DNA of 64,000 bases from Bilabrum cf. latius (Eukaryota): contig OZ237758.1 in NCBI GenBank assembly GCA_965178125.1, forward strand, positions 806,001-870,000, given 5' to 3'. Below the pieces are notes generated by a model. That model was given only the letters and a program-made list of their open reading frames with translations, made no database searches and had not been told where the DNA came from. Position numbers and translations under genes: made by a program. This document shows, one piece after another, positions 37,222 to 49,579 of the stretch. Each line of letters begins with the position of its first letter. The stretch's first letter is position 1.

Positions 37222-39439
37222 TCACCCTTCCAGAGCCCGCACTTCATCCACAGACAGACCCACTGGCATCGTCACCAACACACACAGCAACGGACGCACC
37301 AACCCACCAGCCGACCCATCCAGAGCCAGAGGATCCCGCGCAAGCAGCGCCCGGATACGAGCCCCGGGGGCCCCTCCCGCATCGAGGCACGACAGCCCGA
37401 ACCGCACCACGTGCGTCTGCTGAGGCACCAGCACAGGCACCGCCTGCACGGGTCCCTCCGCTCCCCCCTCCCCATCCCCCACGCGGTACTGAGCCGGGTC
37501 CCACTCAAGCGCAAGCACCATCCCGCGCACCATCCGCGCCCCGGCGTTCGTCAGCGACACCGTCAGCAGGAAGCGAGGACCCAGCCCAGTCACCTCCGCG
37601 CTGGCCCGCACCTGACCCCCCGCCGCCCCCGCCGTCCCATCTGCCGCCCCCGCCCCCGCTGCCTGCGCCCCCACGAATGCCCTGGCCACTTTCAGCCGGA
37701 GCCGGGCCAGGTCCCTCTGGAAGGCCGCGTGCATGGCGGCGGGCTCCTCCCGCTCCCTGGCCGCCAGTTCCACGAAGAGCTTGGTCTTGGGCTTGATGGG
37801 CAGGGGCACGTCCTGCTCGGAGGGGGCGCCCGTCTTGGACAGCAGGGAGAACTTTGTTCTCCGGGGCAAAACCCTCACCCTCACTGCACCGCTGCCGTAT
37901 AGCGCCACGAGGCACCTCTCCTCCCTTCCAAAAGGGCCGAACCGAAGGCAACGGACAGGGTCTGCGAGCTCCACCGCCCCGCCGGTAGCAGGGCCTGCAG
38001 CCCTCCCGGCTTCGACCCCAGACCTGCGCGTTGACAGCAAGCCGTCTTCCCCGGCAGCCGCAGCCACCGCGGCCACTGCAGCGCTAGGGGGCCGTCCTGA
38101 CGTCGTCCCTGCAGCCCCGGCCCCGGGCCCGGGCCCGGGGTCAGGTCCGTCGCCCTCCACCCACGCAGGGCCCGTGGCCATGAGAAGCACCCTGTGTGCG
38201 GGTGCGTACAGGCGTATGTCCCCGTCGGCCAGCGCGAGAGCGACGCCCTCCACCGTCTGCGCGTCGTGAATCTCCACCTGACAGGCCGCCGTAACGGCAC
38301 ACGGCACTCTCACAGACCATGTGATCCTGCCTTTGTGGGAGTACGACCGGACCCATCCGTCCTGCGTGGCTGCCACACAGCCTGTCTTGAGCGCGACCAG
38401 ATGGGTCACGGGCGCAGAGGGCTCTATCACGGAGGGGCTGACCACGCCCCCGCGCTTCACCTGGTATATCTTGTGGTTGCGGCAGGCCACAAACACCCGG
38501 TATTCCACGGCCGCGTTGCCGGTGCTCGCCAGCAGAGCGGGGACGCTGGGCAGCTTCGAGGAGTGCTGCACGGCGTTCGCCTCCCGTACCAGCAGCAGGA
38601 GCTCCCCCGCCTCGGTGCCTATCAACAGCTGCTTGGGGGCATCGCCCACCATCTCGCGCTGGTCCAGGGAACACATGCAGGTCACGACGGATGCTCGCTT
38701 CAGCGTGCTCGCTGCCTTGCCGTGCATGGCGACGTACCTGGTGAGCGCACCCACGGCCGGGTCATCATCACTAGGAGACGAAGAAGCAGAGGAGGCTGCA
38801 CTCGGCGCAGGTCCTCCCGCAGAGGATGCTGCGACTGCGCCCGAATGTGAGGGCGGCTCCAGTGCCAGAAGGTTTGCAGAGGTCACGGTCAGGTCGACGC
38901 CTTCGGTCCGCCGGAGCTGCCCCAGTCCGTGGTACAGATCCGTGACAGAGACCCCGCCAGAAAGTGCATCTGACCACTGCAAGGCAAGGAGCAGGTAAAC
39001 GAGGCAATGCATTGAAGTTGAGGGCAGAAGAGTTTGTATGAAGCCCTGCGCACTTCGAATCGCTGCTCACTAATTTCTGCTCGTCTGCATTCACGAGCCT
39101 TGCTGGAAGCTAGAACTTAAAGAACGGTTTCAAGTTGCGGTACACAAATACAAACGATCCGCTGGCTATAGCAACGGCTGGAGTAGTGCCGGGACTTTCA
39201 TCTGTTCGAAACGCGCAGCACGCAGTTGGCGTATCGATCAGATTGACAACTCTCTCCATCACCATGCGAGCATTCAGGACTCGCAATTTCTTGTCTTCAC
39301 ATGCAGCAATCAATCGATAATCTGAATCGCCTTTCAAGTCAAGGCCGTCTACACAAGAGTTCGAAGGGACGCAAAGGTTAGCGAGAGGGTCGTAGACTGC
39401 GTTCAGCCATCTGGGCTTCGCTGCAGCACCGGCAGCCAT
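37222..39439 (-). CDS. BBS1: Bardet-Biedl syndrome 1 (BBSome subunit); complement(join(37222..38976,39071..39439))
   Basis: WLNAVYDPLANL, DLKGDSDYRL, PAVAIASGSFVFVYRNLKPFFKF*LP, LIGTEAG, EYRVFVACR, FGPFGREE, PKTKLFVE..RERE..MH..FQRDL..LRL and TMPV. One TAG (39110). Intron at 38977-39070. Ends TGA. Confidence 0.93.
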
Positions 39440-39744
39440 CTTAGGCGACACCCACTATTCGTATCAACTGGATACAAAAGTATGACGCGTGGAAGCAAAT
39501 CAAAGTGCTTCGCAGGCGCGAGCAATTGTAGCCGCGGCACCCGTTGAATTCGGAGCTGAAAGTCCAGGGTTGGGGTCGCATCGAACGGTCGCACAAACGA
39601 TGAAACTTTGATTATCTGTTCAATCACAGTGATCTCGCTACGCAAACCCACGAAAAACACAGCCTGGGTCGGATGTGCGGCCTAATTCTACCGCTGGGTG
39701 TGCTCTCGTCGAAGCGCGACGACTGCCGGGCTCACGGCTCTTCG

Positions 39745-40466
39745 TCATCTGGTTCGGTCCGTCCTGCTCTCCGATTTCTTCTCTCCGATCCCACCTTGTA
39801 GAGGGATACCAAGATCGGACATTACACCGCCGTCCCGAAGCGAGTCCGATGACTCTTCGCCAATTTTCTGGTCCCCGTCGTTGCTTGCATCAGACGCGGA
39901 CACATCTGCAAGCTTCGCTCCATCCTTGCCCCACTCCGTCAGTCCACCATATCTGGAGCTCTCTGGTGTGAGCAGCGATGCTTCCAATAGCACTTTTAAC
40001 CACGCAGACATCCCAAGGCCGATCCAAAACGCAACACTGTTGCGAAGGATGGGACCCTGGCACGCATTAATGGTCCTCTAGTCCAGTCCAAAATACACCC
40101 GAACCCCATCCCGTCGAGCAGTACGGACCACATCATTCCATATGTCTGTGTTTTTCATAATAGTGCTCAAGAAACCCGACGTGGAGTACGCAAACATTGC
40201 ACTCATTGGGAGTGCCGACCAGCCAGCCAAAGTGACGCCAATGGGAATATCCCTATCCAATTTGAAACCTGCAATATAGAGCAAGAGCAAGCGAATATCT
40301 AGTTGACTGGGCAAGGATAGCATGCAAGGACGGATCACAGTCACGGACACGAACCTTTTCGAATTGCTCTTCTTCTCTGGAAATGGTGTATGGAACCGAA
40401 AACTATGCAGCCAATGCCCGAATTTATAATCATGAGATTGCGAACTGCTGGCGATATACTTGCCAT
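39745..40466 (-). CDS. Small multi-pass membrane protein, possibly Tim17/22/23-like; complement(join(39745..40268,40355..40466))
   Basis: An 86-nt GT-AG intron restores the frame. TAG at 40078. Three hydrophobic Gly-rich segments and DIWNDVV. Ends TGA. The family call is weak. Confidence 0.5.
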
Positions 40467-40605
40467 AGTGTGTTTTTTACTTGTAAGAATGCACGGCAAA
40501 CCGAGCTCAAGCGCACTTGTCACGGCAGCCGAGACGCCTGTGGATATAGCGGGCTGCACCATCAAACACAATGAACAAGGATCGCTAGCTTAGCGTTGGC
40601 TTCAA

Positions 40606-43600
40606 TCACCCAAGCACATCTCCGTGGGGACCCGACTCGGCAAGGAGCTCCGCCTTCCCGTCGCGAGCCCCCGCGTGCAGCGCCTTGGCCGCAGACACAG
40701 GAGTCGCCGATGCCAGTGGCGTATTGCCTCCAGAGCTGCCAGCAGCACCCTAAGCAGGGGCCGATGCAGAAGCGGGTGCGCCGTTGCCGGCCGCTGCCCC
40801 GCTGTCTTCCCCATCGCCGCCGCTGCTGCTGCTGCTGCTCCCGGCGTCACCTCCGTGATGCCCGGCCCCGGCCCCTGCAGTCGATCTAGACGCCAGTGGA
40901 GCGAGGGCGCGCTGCCTCGCACTCGTCACACCGGACCGACCCTCGGACGCACTCGAGGCGGTATAGCTGCTTGCACTCGTCACACCGGGGCGCCTCGAGG
41001 CAGGGGCCGAGGCCAGTCCCTCGCGCCGCGCCGCCGCTGTGCCGGCCGTAGTGGTGCTGCCTTGCGGCGGGGACACGGCGGTATACGGCGGCGAAGACGA
41101 AGACGAAGACGAAGATGACGATGAGGAGGTGGTGGTGGAAGTCTGGACGGATACCGGCGGGTGTGCCGCGGTCGGCATCGGCGGAGGGGAGGCCCCCGCT
41201 GATGAAGGTGCATCGCACGATCGCGCGGTGACACCCCCCCCGCTGCCTCGGCTGCTGCCTCCCTGGCTGTTGGACCCGCTGTCGTCACACCCCACCCTCG
41301 CCACTGTGTTCCCCCGCAGCCTCCTTGCCCTCAGCGCAGACTGCGCCACCCGCCCAGCAGTCGCACGGGCGGCCGACCTCGCACCGAGAGGTGTGGCAGA
41401 CACGATCAGCGCCTCCACGGCCGTGGCGTCCGCTGCGTCCACCGATCCACCGGTGGATCCGCGGGCGAGAGCTGAATTATCGCCCTCGCCGCTGCGCTCG
41501 TTACTCATCGGGAGCTATCCTACGCCCAGACCCTCCGTTGAATTGACAGCAGCGCCGACTCCTGCACCCCCGCTCCAGCCCCTCCCCCTGCCCCTGCCAA
41601 CAACAGCACCGTCCTCGTCCCCCACGCGCACGGACCGCCCCCCCACGCTCACCGCGCCCACAGAGGCCCCCCCACCGCCCTCCTCCATCAGGTTATTCCC
41701 CGACGCGAGGCGAGCCGCGGTCCTCGACCCCAGCGTGGAGACGCTGCCGGCCGAAGGGGTCGAGTGCGCGGCGCCCGACCTGGTTCCGCTCTCCTCCTGT
41801 CGGAGACTCCGAGTCATTGGCAGTGACCCTGGGAACAGCGCCGAAGTACTCAACAAACTGGCCTCCGATCCCAGGTTCCGCCGGGCTCCGCGCCTGCCCG
41901 CGAGCGCGGACTGCGTTGAGGACAGCGACGCGCCGCGCTTGCCGAGGGGTGACGAGTGCGCTGCGGAGCGTGAGGGAACAGCGGCAGACAGCTGCAGCAG
42001 CTGAGCCGCAGCCGTCGGGGCCGACGGAGTGAGCGCGATCGGGCTCCCTGCGGAACCAATGGATGCGCGGCGCCCGCGGAGCCGCAGGCTGGCGGGGGCC
42101 CCGCGCGTCCTGGGGGTGGCGGGGGCGGCGGAGGGCAGCATCGCGGGAGACGCGCCCGCGCCGGCGTGCAGCAGAGCCGCAAACCCCGTGGGGCCGTCCG
42201 AGCCACCCACCGCGACTCCGGCGCCGCGCATTTCGAATGCGGAACCAACCGGGGGAACAAGCACGCCCCCATCGTTCTCCTTCCAGCCCCTCTCCCTCAG
42301 CTGATCCAGCGCGTCCTGCAGCCCAGCCTCCACCGCCCGCGCCACAAGATCCTCGAAGGGGCCCGAATGCGCGGCGCCCCCAAGGAACGGAACTTCACCC
42401 CCGGCCTCCCCATCGGTGGGCAGCCCTGTCCCGTGCGCCTGCACAGCTCCCGACTCGGAGTGCGCAGACGCGCCCGCCCCTCCGCCCACGCCCATTCCAG
42501 AGCCTGACGAGGAGCTCTCACCACCTCCCGACAGCCCGGGCCCCGAGACCGCCTCCCCACCGGCGCTCCGGCTCGAACCAACGGTGCCCGTAGGGTGGCT
42601 GCTGCCTGCCGAGAGAGTGTTGGTCCCCGTCTCGCTGTTCCCCGAACCTTGTTCCCCGGACCCGCTCGGCTTGATACCCTCGGCTGTGCTGCTTCCGGTA
42701 CCAGCACCACTTCCGGTACCATTGCCACTGCCATTATTATTACCATTACCGCTGCTGCTGGTGGTGCTGCCTCCTCCTTCACCGGAGGACTGGAACAGAC
42801 GCACGCCCACGGTGGTGGACTGGCTCTCGCTGCCCACGGCACCACCAGCGCCCCCGCCCAGTTGCTACTCCAGCAACGCCACCGCCAGCGTCGTGGGCGA
42901 GGGCTGCTTCTGCTTGGACTTGGACGCATCGGTGGCGTCTCCTCCGCCTTCCTTGTGTTCCTCCTCTGCCCTCTCACCCTACTCCCCCCCCTCCCCATCC
43001 TTGCCTTGTTCCCCGCTGCTTCCTTCGCCCTCCCCCTCCCCACTGCCCTGTCCTGTCCTCCTCCTCATCCTCCTCGTGCCGGTCCGCCTGCCCGACGTCT
43101 GCCGCGCACTCCCGCCTGCCCCCCGCCCCCCCTGGCCGCCCATGGACCGCGTGCTCTTGCCCGCAGGCGTCCGGGCGTCCGCCCAGGCTGAGGCAGAGGA
43201 GGCGCTGCCCGTGCTGCCGCCCTCCTGTGCCCCCCCCTCGCTCACGAAGCTCTCGTCTCCCCCGCCGTCCATCCAGCCGCCAGACCCGTCCTCCTCCATC
43301 GGCTTGCTGGGAGTCACCGCGAAGCCTCCAGAGAGGACGGATGAGGCCGCTCCGGGACCCCTGGATCGCCGAAGGGATGCCCGAGATGCCTGGAGATCCA
43401 GTCCGGCCCCCGGGCTCGCCTACATCGAAGGCCCCGAGAGTGGCCCCAGGGCCCCCCTCCTGCTCATGTCTGCAGAGGAGACCAGCCCGTGCCTCGTGGG
43501 GTCGTCTCCCTCACTTGACAAAGGCACGTTCGAGCTGGAGGCTGACCCGTTCGCACCCGAGAGCCCACCCCCATGTGATGACCCCCTAGAGTCCGGTCGC

Positions 43601-46600
43601 AAGCCCGAACCGCTGCCAGATGCCGACCCATGCGCCCCGCCCGAGTCACCCCCTCGACCATCGCCAGTTCCATCTGCCGCCCGGCCATCCCTGCCAGCGT
43701 CCGCGCCGGAGCTAGAGCTGCCACGAGATGCACCCGGTGCAGGCGTGGTGGCGATGGCCCGGATGCTCCCCCCAGATGAAGACAGCCTCCCGGCGCTGCC
43801 CGCCCCGCTGCTGGTGCGGGCCATGCGCGCCGCCGCCTGGGAGTTCACCGGGAGGGCCGGCAGCGAACCTTCGCCGTCCCCTGAGTGCCCCGCCAGCGGC
43901 CCCGGCGGGCCCCCGGGGGACATGAGCCTGGAGATACCGCTTGCCGCTGACTGCCCCATCTGACTGCCCCTGCTACCAGCGAGACCAAGGGCGCTGTTGT
44001 CGTCCCCCGCTGCCCCACGGCTTGCGTTGCTGCGGCTGAGGCTGGACCCCTGCGCCCATGCATCCCCGCTGGTGCTGCCGCTGCTCCGCAGGCTGCCCGC
44101 CCCCAGGGACCCCGCACCCCCAGAGTTCGAGGGAACAAACGGCCTGTCGATCACCGCGGTGGGGGCGTCCACTCCGGCAGCACCAGAACCAGCACCAGCA
44201 CCAGCACCAGCAGCCGATCCAGAGGCAGCAGACCCTGCCCCCCGCATCGAGGACGAAGCCATCGACTTACTCCCGCCGCCACCACCACCACCGAGAGCAT
44301 CCAGAGTCAGTCCCCTCCTCCCGCCCTCCAGCACATCCACGGAATCTGCACCTGCACCTGCGCTGGCGCCGACCCCCCCGTGGCCTCCGGAGACGCCCCC
44401 CCTCCGTGCAAACGCCCCACCGGGGGCGCCCATGGCCGCTGTGGGAGACGCGCCCCTCAGCTGCATCGCACTGCCGGACGCGCCCGCCGCAGCGGCTGCC
44501 TGCAGCGCGACGCCCGGCATTGTCGACATACCCGCCCTTACCCCTGTCCCCGTGTCTTCCCCAAGCGCCGCTGCTAGAGCAGCCTCCTTGGCCGTTGCCC
44601 TCACCCGCTCCAGGCTGTCCTCCTGCCCCGACGACCCCTCGAAATTGAGGACGACGGGGGAGGGCCTGTCCACGGGCTGCCCCCCGGCCCCCCCCCCGGT
44701 CGTGAGGGCGTTCTGCGGGGTGGTAGACTGAGCCGTGGCCCGGCTGCTGGCTGACGCGGCGCCCGCGCGAGAGGAGTGGCCCATGCCCATGCCCATGCTC
44801 ATGCCCATCGAGCCCATGGCCGCCACGTCAGGGGGGGTATGCGCCTGGTCGCCTCCGTGGCTCGCAACCAGGCCGGCCGCCGCCTGCTGCGCCGCGCTCC
44901 GCATCCCACCGGTGGTGACCCGCCGCACCCGGGTCGCCAGCGCGGGGGTTTCCGGGGCGAGGCCCCTGAACAGCTTCGTGTGCGGGCCGCCGTCCAAACC
45001 TGCCGCCTCCATCGCCGCATGTTCCGCAGCCAAGCGCGCGGCGCCGCCCCCGATCGCGTGGTCCACGCCGAAGACGGCTTGCAAATATGCCCCATCGCTC
45101 AGTGCGTTCAGACCGGAGCTGCTCCCGTCACCCGCGCCCGACACGCTGTTCCCTGCGGACCCACCGTACCCCGCGGCCCCCGTGGCAACAGCCGCTGCCT
45201 GGGCCCGCGCTGTCCTCGACCTGCTCCTGGCCGACCTCCTGGCAGTGCTCTGGGCAGGGGCGGGGGAGGGCGTGACCGAAGCAGAGGCGCCGACGGTGCC
45301 GCCGCGCCTGCCCCCCCTCGGCCTGGACCTGGCCTGGGCGCCTGCAGAGGAGAAAGACTACGAGGAGGACGTGCCAGCTGCTGCGCTGGTAGCAGAAGCA
45401 GCCGCCCCGCCCCTCCCCCTGGCTCCCCCCCTGGCCCCTCCCTTGGATCCACCGGTGGACACATGCATGAGCGCGGCCCGAATCAGCAGCGCGCTGGGGA
45501 CCGTATGGTTCGCCTGCCGGGAGTTGGGGCGCGCAGTGCCGCCCTCCTCGGCCGCCCGTTGTGCGGCAGGCACGGCCTTGCTGGGACTCCTCAGCATCTC
45601 ATCCGTGATGCTCGGGTCCAGGGACCCGTCCTCCCTGGGCTGCACCTTGCCCGTGCGGACCAGAGCCTTGGCTCGCCTCACTGCAGAGTTCCAGCGGTTC
45701 TTGCACGCGTTCTCTGGTCGCCCCGGGACGACTTTGGCCACCTCTGTCCATCGCGTGCCCACCTGCGCCACCCCGTGACAGAGCGTCTCGTCCTCCGCGT
45801 CTGTCCACGGCCCGTGCTTGATGTCCGGGCACAGCTGGTTGAACCACCGCTCCCTGCACTGCTTGCCGAGTCTGCCTCTGCGAGTGTTTGAGAAAACGGG
45901 GTGGACAGTCGGCGGTGGCAGATAGCGAGAATAAAAGGGTGCGATCGATAGATTCGAGGCATCGTGCTCCTGCTCCTAGCTCAGCTCAATCAGTTGACAG
46001 TCAGTGGACTTCAAGTGGGCGACACAATGCACCGAGACCCTCGGAGCAGCAGCACCTGAAGAGAACCGCAGCTTCCCAAAGAACGAGAGAGATGCAAAAT
46101 ACAACTTGCGGTACACCTGGAAAGCTTGGCTCTGCAGCTCGCACGAATTCAGAGCAATCCTTCCGGGGAGCATCTGCTCGTCTTTACCATTTGTGGGTCG
46201 CTCAGCCAGACAAGCAGGATAACAAGCAGCAACAGAGCAGGGCAATCGCACAGTGTGGGTCCCGATCAAGTCTCACGGTATTTTAGCTGCTATCTAGCTC
46301 CATTTCGCAATGCCCGCTGCTTTGCTCTCCACGATGATACGGTCCTCTTCCGCAGTCCAGGGTCCCTTCACGAGTCCGGGCTTGAGCACCTTTTGCCAGC
46401 GGTGCAAGCACTAAACGTCGGTTCTTCCGTTGTCCAGGTACTCTGTTGCAATCTATTTCCACTATCTGGGGCCGTACCGTTCGACTCCATCGCGAAGAGC
46501 TTGATCTTCCTCCGTAGTCCACTTGCCAGTCCTTGCCTGGCCATTGCTTCCGCATGACGCAGCGACTGAAACTACTGATCGGCGCTGAGGTGCTGCCTTA

Positions 46601-46785
46601 GAACCCCTGGGGCTACCTTCATCACCGGTGGAACCATCGTCCCCAGTGTAGACCGCACGACCGCCCTCAACTCGAGCCCTCGTGCGCCGTCGAGGTCGCT
46701 CAGAAGCTGCTGTAGCACCACCGGGCGCCACAGCCGTTTGCCCTGACGAATCTGCCTCTAATTCAGATCGAGACCGCTTTGGCAT
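40606..46785 (-). CDS. MYB3R: R1R2R3 (3R) MYB transcription factor with a long low-complexity tail, ~1930 aa; complement(join(40606..45877,46277..46785))
   Basis: GKWTTEED..W K*IA..RTDV*CLHRWQKVLKPGLVKGPWTAEED..KWS*IAAKIP/GRLGKQCRERWFNQLCPDIKHGPWTDAED..RWTEVAKVVPGRPENACKNRWNS. TAGs at 46462, 46453, 46411, 46294, 45358, 43420, 42979, 42865, 41515 and 40750. TGA at 40606-40608. Confidence 0.92.
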
Positions 46786-47206
46786 CGCCAGGTTTTTCTT
46801 GCCTGCTCGGTTCGGTCACGAGGGCGAGGCTGATTCAGCGACGTTTAAGATTTGGGACTTTCAACAGCAATATCGCTGGCGTTCGGAATACTACAGAACA
46901 ACCCAATGGCTCAGTGGTACTTGATGATTAATCTAATATGGATTTACCAATGATGTGTGATTTTGTGCTTTATTTGCACGACCACACTCCGGAAAAGTTT
47001 GGCCTGCTCACCCTGTTCGTTCGGTTGTAAAGTAACGTACACTTCTGACAAACTCCGGGAAAACAGATTTTCAACAGCCGGTTCGATGTCCACAGAGCCC
47101 ATGCAGCAAAGCTACTAAGTATTACGGCGCCGGGGTTCCAAACCGCTGATGTCCCACTGACGGCTTTTCAAACTGACCAGCGGGATGCTGAGTTGGGCAC
47201 TCGTAT

Positions 47207-47395
47207 CCCGCCCTCCCGCCGCAGCAGCCGATGGTGCGCCCTCACGGCCTCCCCCGCCAGCCGCTCCAGCACGGCCAGCAGCCGCGCCACCTTGCGCACG
47301 GCCCAGTGAACCTTCCTCGGAAGTTCCCTCTCGAAGGACGGCATCTGTTCCCCGGACACGTCCTGCCCCTCCCTCTCCCTCCGGCGCATGTCCTG
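47207..47395. repeat. 189-bp duplicate of the 3' coding region of the giant gene (49778-49966)
   Basis: Near-identical direct copy at offset 2571, on the other side of ZF-C. Confidence 0.9.
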
Positions 47396-47508
47396 TGGCT
47401 TGAGCAAGGAGCCAGAGGAGCCTGCAGCATAGAGAGCTCTACAAGTAGACTCACATGATGCACATGCACACACATCTTATCTGTGGTCTAGGTTCAATGC
47501 GCTGACAA

Positions 47509-49301
47509 TCAGCTTGACTCCCCATGTACGGTACGCATGTGCCTCTTGAGACTGCCTGCCTCCCCGAAGCGCTTCCCGCACACCATGCACTCGTACTTGC
47601 GCTCCCCAATATGCACTACGTTCACATGCCTCTTGAGATCCCCAGCCTGCCCGAAGCGCTTCCCGCACTCGATGCATTCGTGCTTGCGCTCCCCCAGATG
47701 CACGGTGCTCATGTGCCTCTTGAGACTGCTTGCCTGCCCGAAGCGCTTCCCGCACTCGATGCATTCGTACTTGCGCTACACCAGATGCACCGTGCTCATG
47801 TGCCTCTTGAGACTGCTTGCCTGCCCGAAGCGCTTCCCGCACTCGATGCATTCGTACTTGCGCTACACCAGATGCACCGTGCTCATGTGCTTCTTGAGAT
47901 TGCCTGCCTGCCCGAAGCGCTTCCCGCACTCGATGCATTCGTGCTTGAGCTCCCCCAGATGCACCGTGCTCATGTGTGTCTTGAGACTGCCTGCCTGCCC
48001 GAAGCGCTTCCCGCACTCGATGCATTCGTGCTTGAGCTCCCCCAGATGCACCGTGCTCATGTGCGTCTTGAGACTGCTTGCTTGCCCGAAGCGCTTCCCG
48101 CACTCGATGCATTCGTGCTTGAGCTCCCCCAGATGCACCGTGCTCATGTGCGTCTTGAGATGGCCTGCCTTCCCGAAGCGCTTCCCGCACTCGATGCATT
48201 CGTGCTTGCGCTCCCCTAGATGCACCGTGCTCATGTGTGTCTTGAGACTGCTTGCTATTCCGAAGCGCTTCCCGCACTCGATGCATTCGTGCTTGCGCTC
48301 CCCCAGATGCACGGTGCTCATGTGCTTCTTAAGACTGCTTGCTTGCCCGAAGCGTTTGCCGCACTCGCTGCATTCGTGCTTGCGCTCCCCAAGATGCACC
48401 ACTGACACGTGCCCCCTCATGTTATATGGACTCGGACATCAGGATTGAAGCAACGGGGAGCAGAGGTGAGACGGAAGACGAGGTGGGCGCAGGAGGACAG
48501 GAGGTGGAGAAGAAGAGGGGGACACCGGCACAGGCGACGACAGTGCGGTGTCAACAGGGAGAACACAACGGGAGGAATGGGGGCTCCAGGTGCAAGGCAC
48601 GAGGGAGACACGGGTGGCAGCGGACTGCATGGCCAGCAGCACGCAGAAGGCCAACAGGTGGGTGGACAGGTGGGGCGCACGGCAGGTCGGCCAGGACCGG
48701 CGCGTGCAGGCTGAAAGGATAGGGCCAAGGTGGCAATGCTGGGAGCAAAGCACACGGTCCCTAGGGCGGGGAACAGGAACAGGAAGCCATGTGGCGACGA
48801 GGCCAGTCGGGTGCATGGGGAAAGTGGTGTGTACATTCGTAGTGTCAGATGAATACCGCATTCAGGTGGACCGGTGAAGAACCAGTCGTTCGGGGTGAAG
48901 CCCAGTGGGTCCGCGGGACCGGGGGCAGGAATTTTTGCCGAGCTCAGCACCTTCCCACACACCTCGCACTCAAGGCATCCTCCACTGTCGCCTGCCCCAG
49001 GTTCCTTCCTTGCTTCCGGTCCATATCGTGCTGAGCGCCTCCTCTTCTGTCCGAGTGCAGCACTGGAAGATGTACCTGCATCGATCCCATGTACGATGCC
49101 GTCGCCAGGAGCGGATGTGCCCGCCGATCTGGCGGCTGGTCGGCTTGCCACGGTCCTCTCGATGTTGCTATGAGATTGCTTGACTCCTGCACGCGAGACG
49201 CGACGACGCTTGGACACGCCATCATCCTAAGTTCTTGACTTTTCACACGGAGCCGGCAGAGGAATCTCGCCGTTGTCGCCCACCGCAGGCCCCGAAGACA
49301 T
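47509..49301 (-). CDS. C2H2 zinc-finger array gene ZF-C (10 intact fingers + 1 split by an insertion); possibly a pseudogene; start uncertain
   Basis: The first finger CEVCGKVLSSAK|NMRGHVSVVH is split by 48420-48937. The array 48420-47509 is open apart from TAG at 47863 and 47776 in duplicated linkers (LV*RK versus LGERK). Ends TGA. Confidence 0.7.
48420..48937 (-). mobile_element. Second full copy (~518 bp) of the dispersed repeat
   Basis: Reverse complement of 33465-33976 with few substitutions and one small indel. Confidence 0.55.
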
Positions 49302-49579
49302 TAGGGCGAGGTCCACAAGGGGGAAACTATCATTCACGAAGCAATACTCGATTGGGTTGAAGGGCCGACGTTCGTCCTGCTCTTCCCACTAGTGCTGCAG
49401 TGGGATCCGCGTACCGTACCGCCCGGACGCGCATTGCCACTGGCACTGCGGAACCTCAGGCTGGACGCCGTCATGCCGAAGCAAGGCAATCCTCTCACAT
49501 TCCAGCACAATACACACCTCTTCTTTCACACACCAACCAATACACACCAACCACCCCATATCAAAAACTACATATCACA

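Noticed and set aside
47070-47100. GGTTCGA T-loop-like motif as a possible suppressor tRNA
   Set aside because: No T-stem pairing or cloverleaf could be built around it. I found no tRNA gene in the window.
47776-47865. TAG=Glu, suggested by LV*RK versus LGERK linkers
   Set aside because: Both copies come from one duplicated unit with an adjacent second G-to-T change (GGG GAG to GTG TAG). A missense change to Gln explains it, and the MYB and polyQ sites favour Gln.
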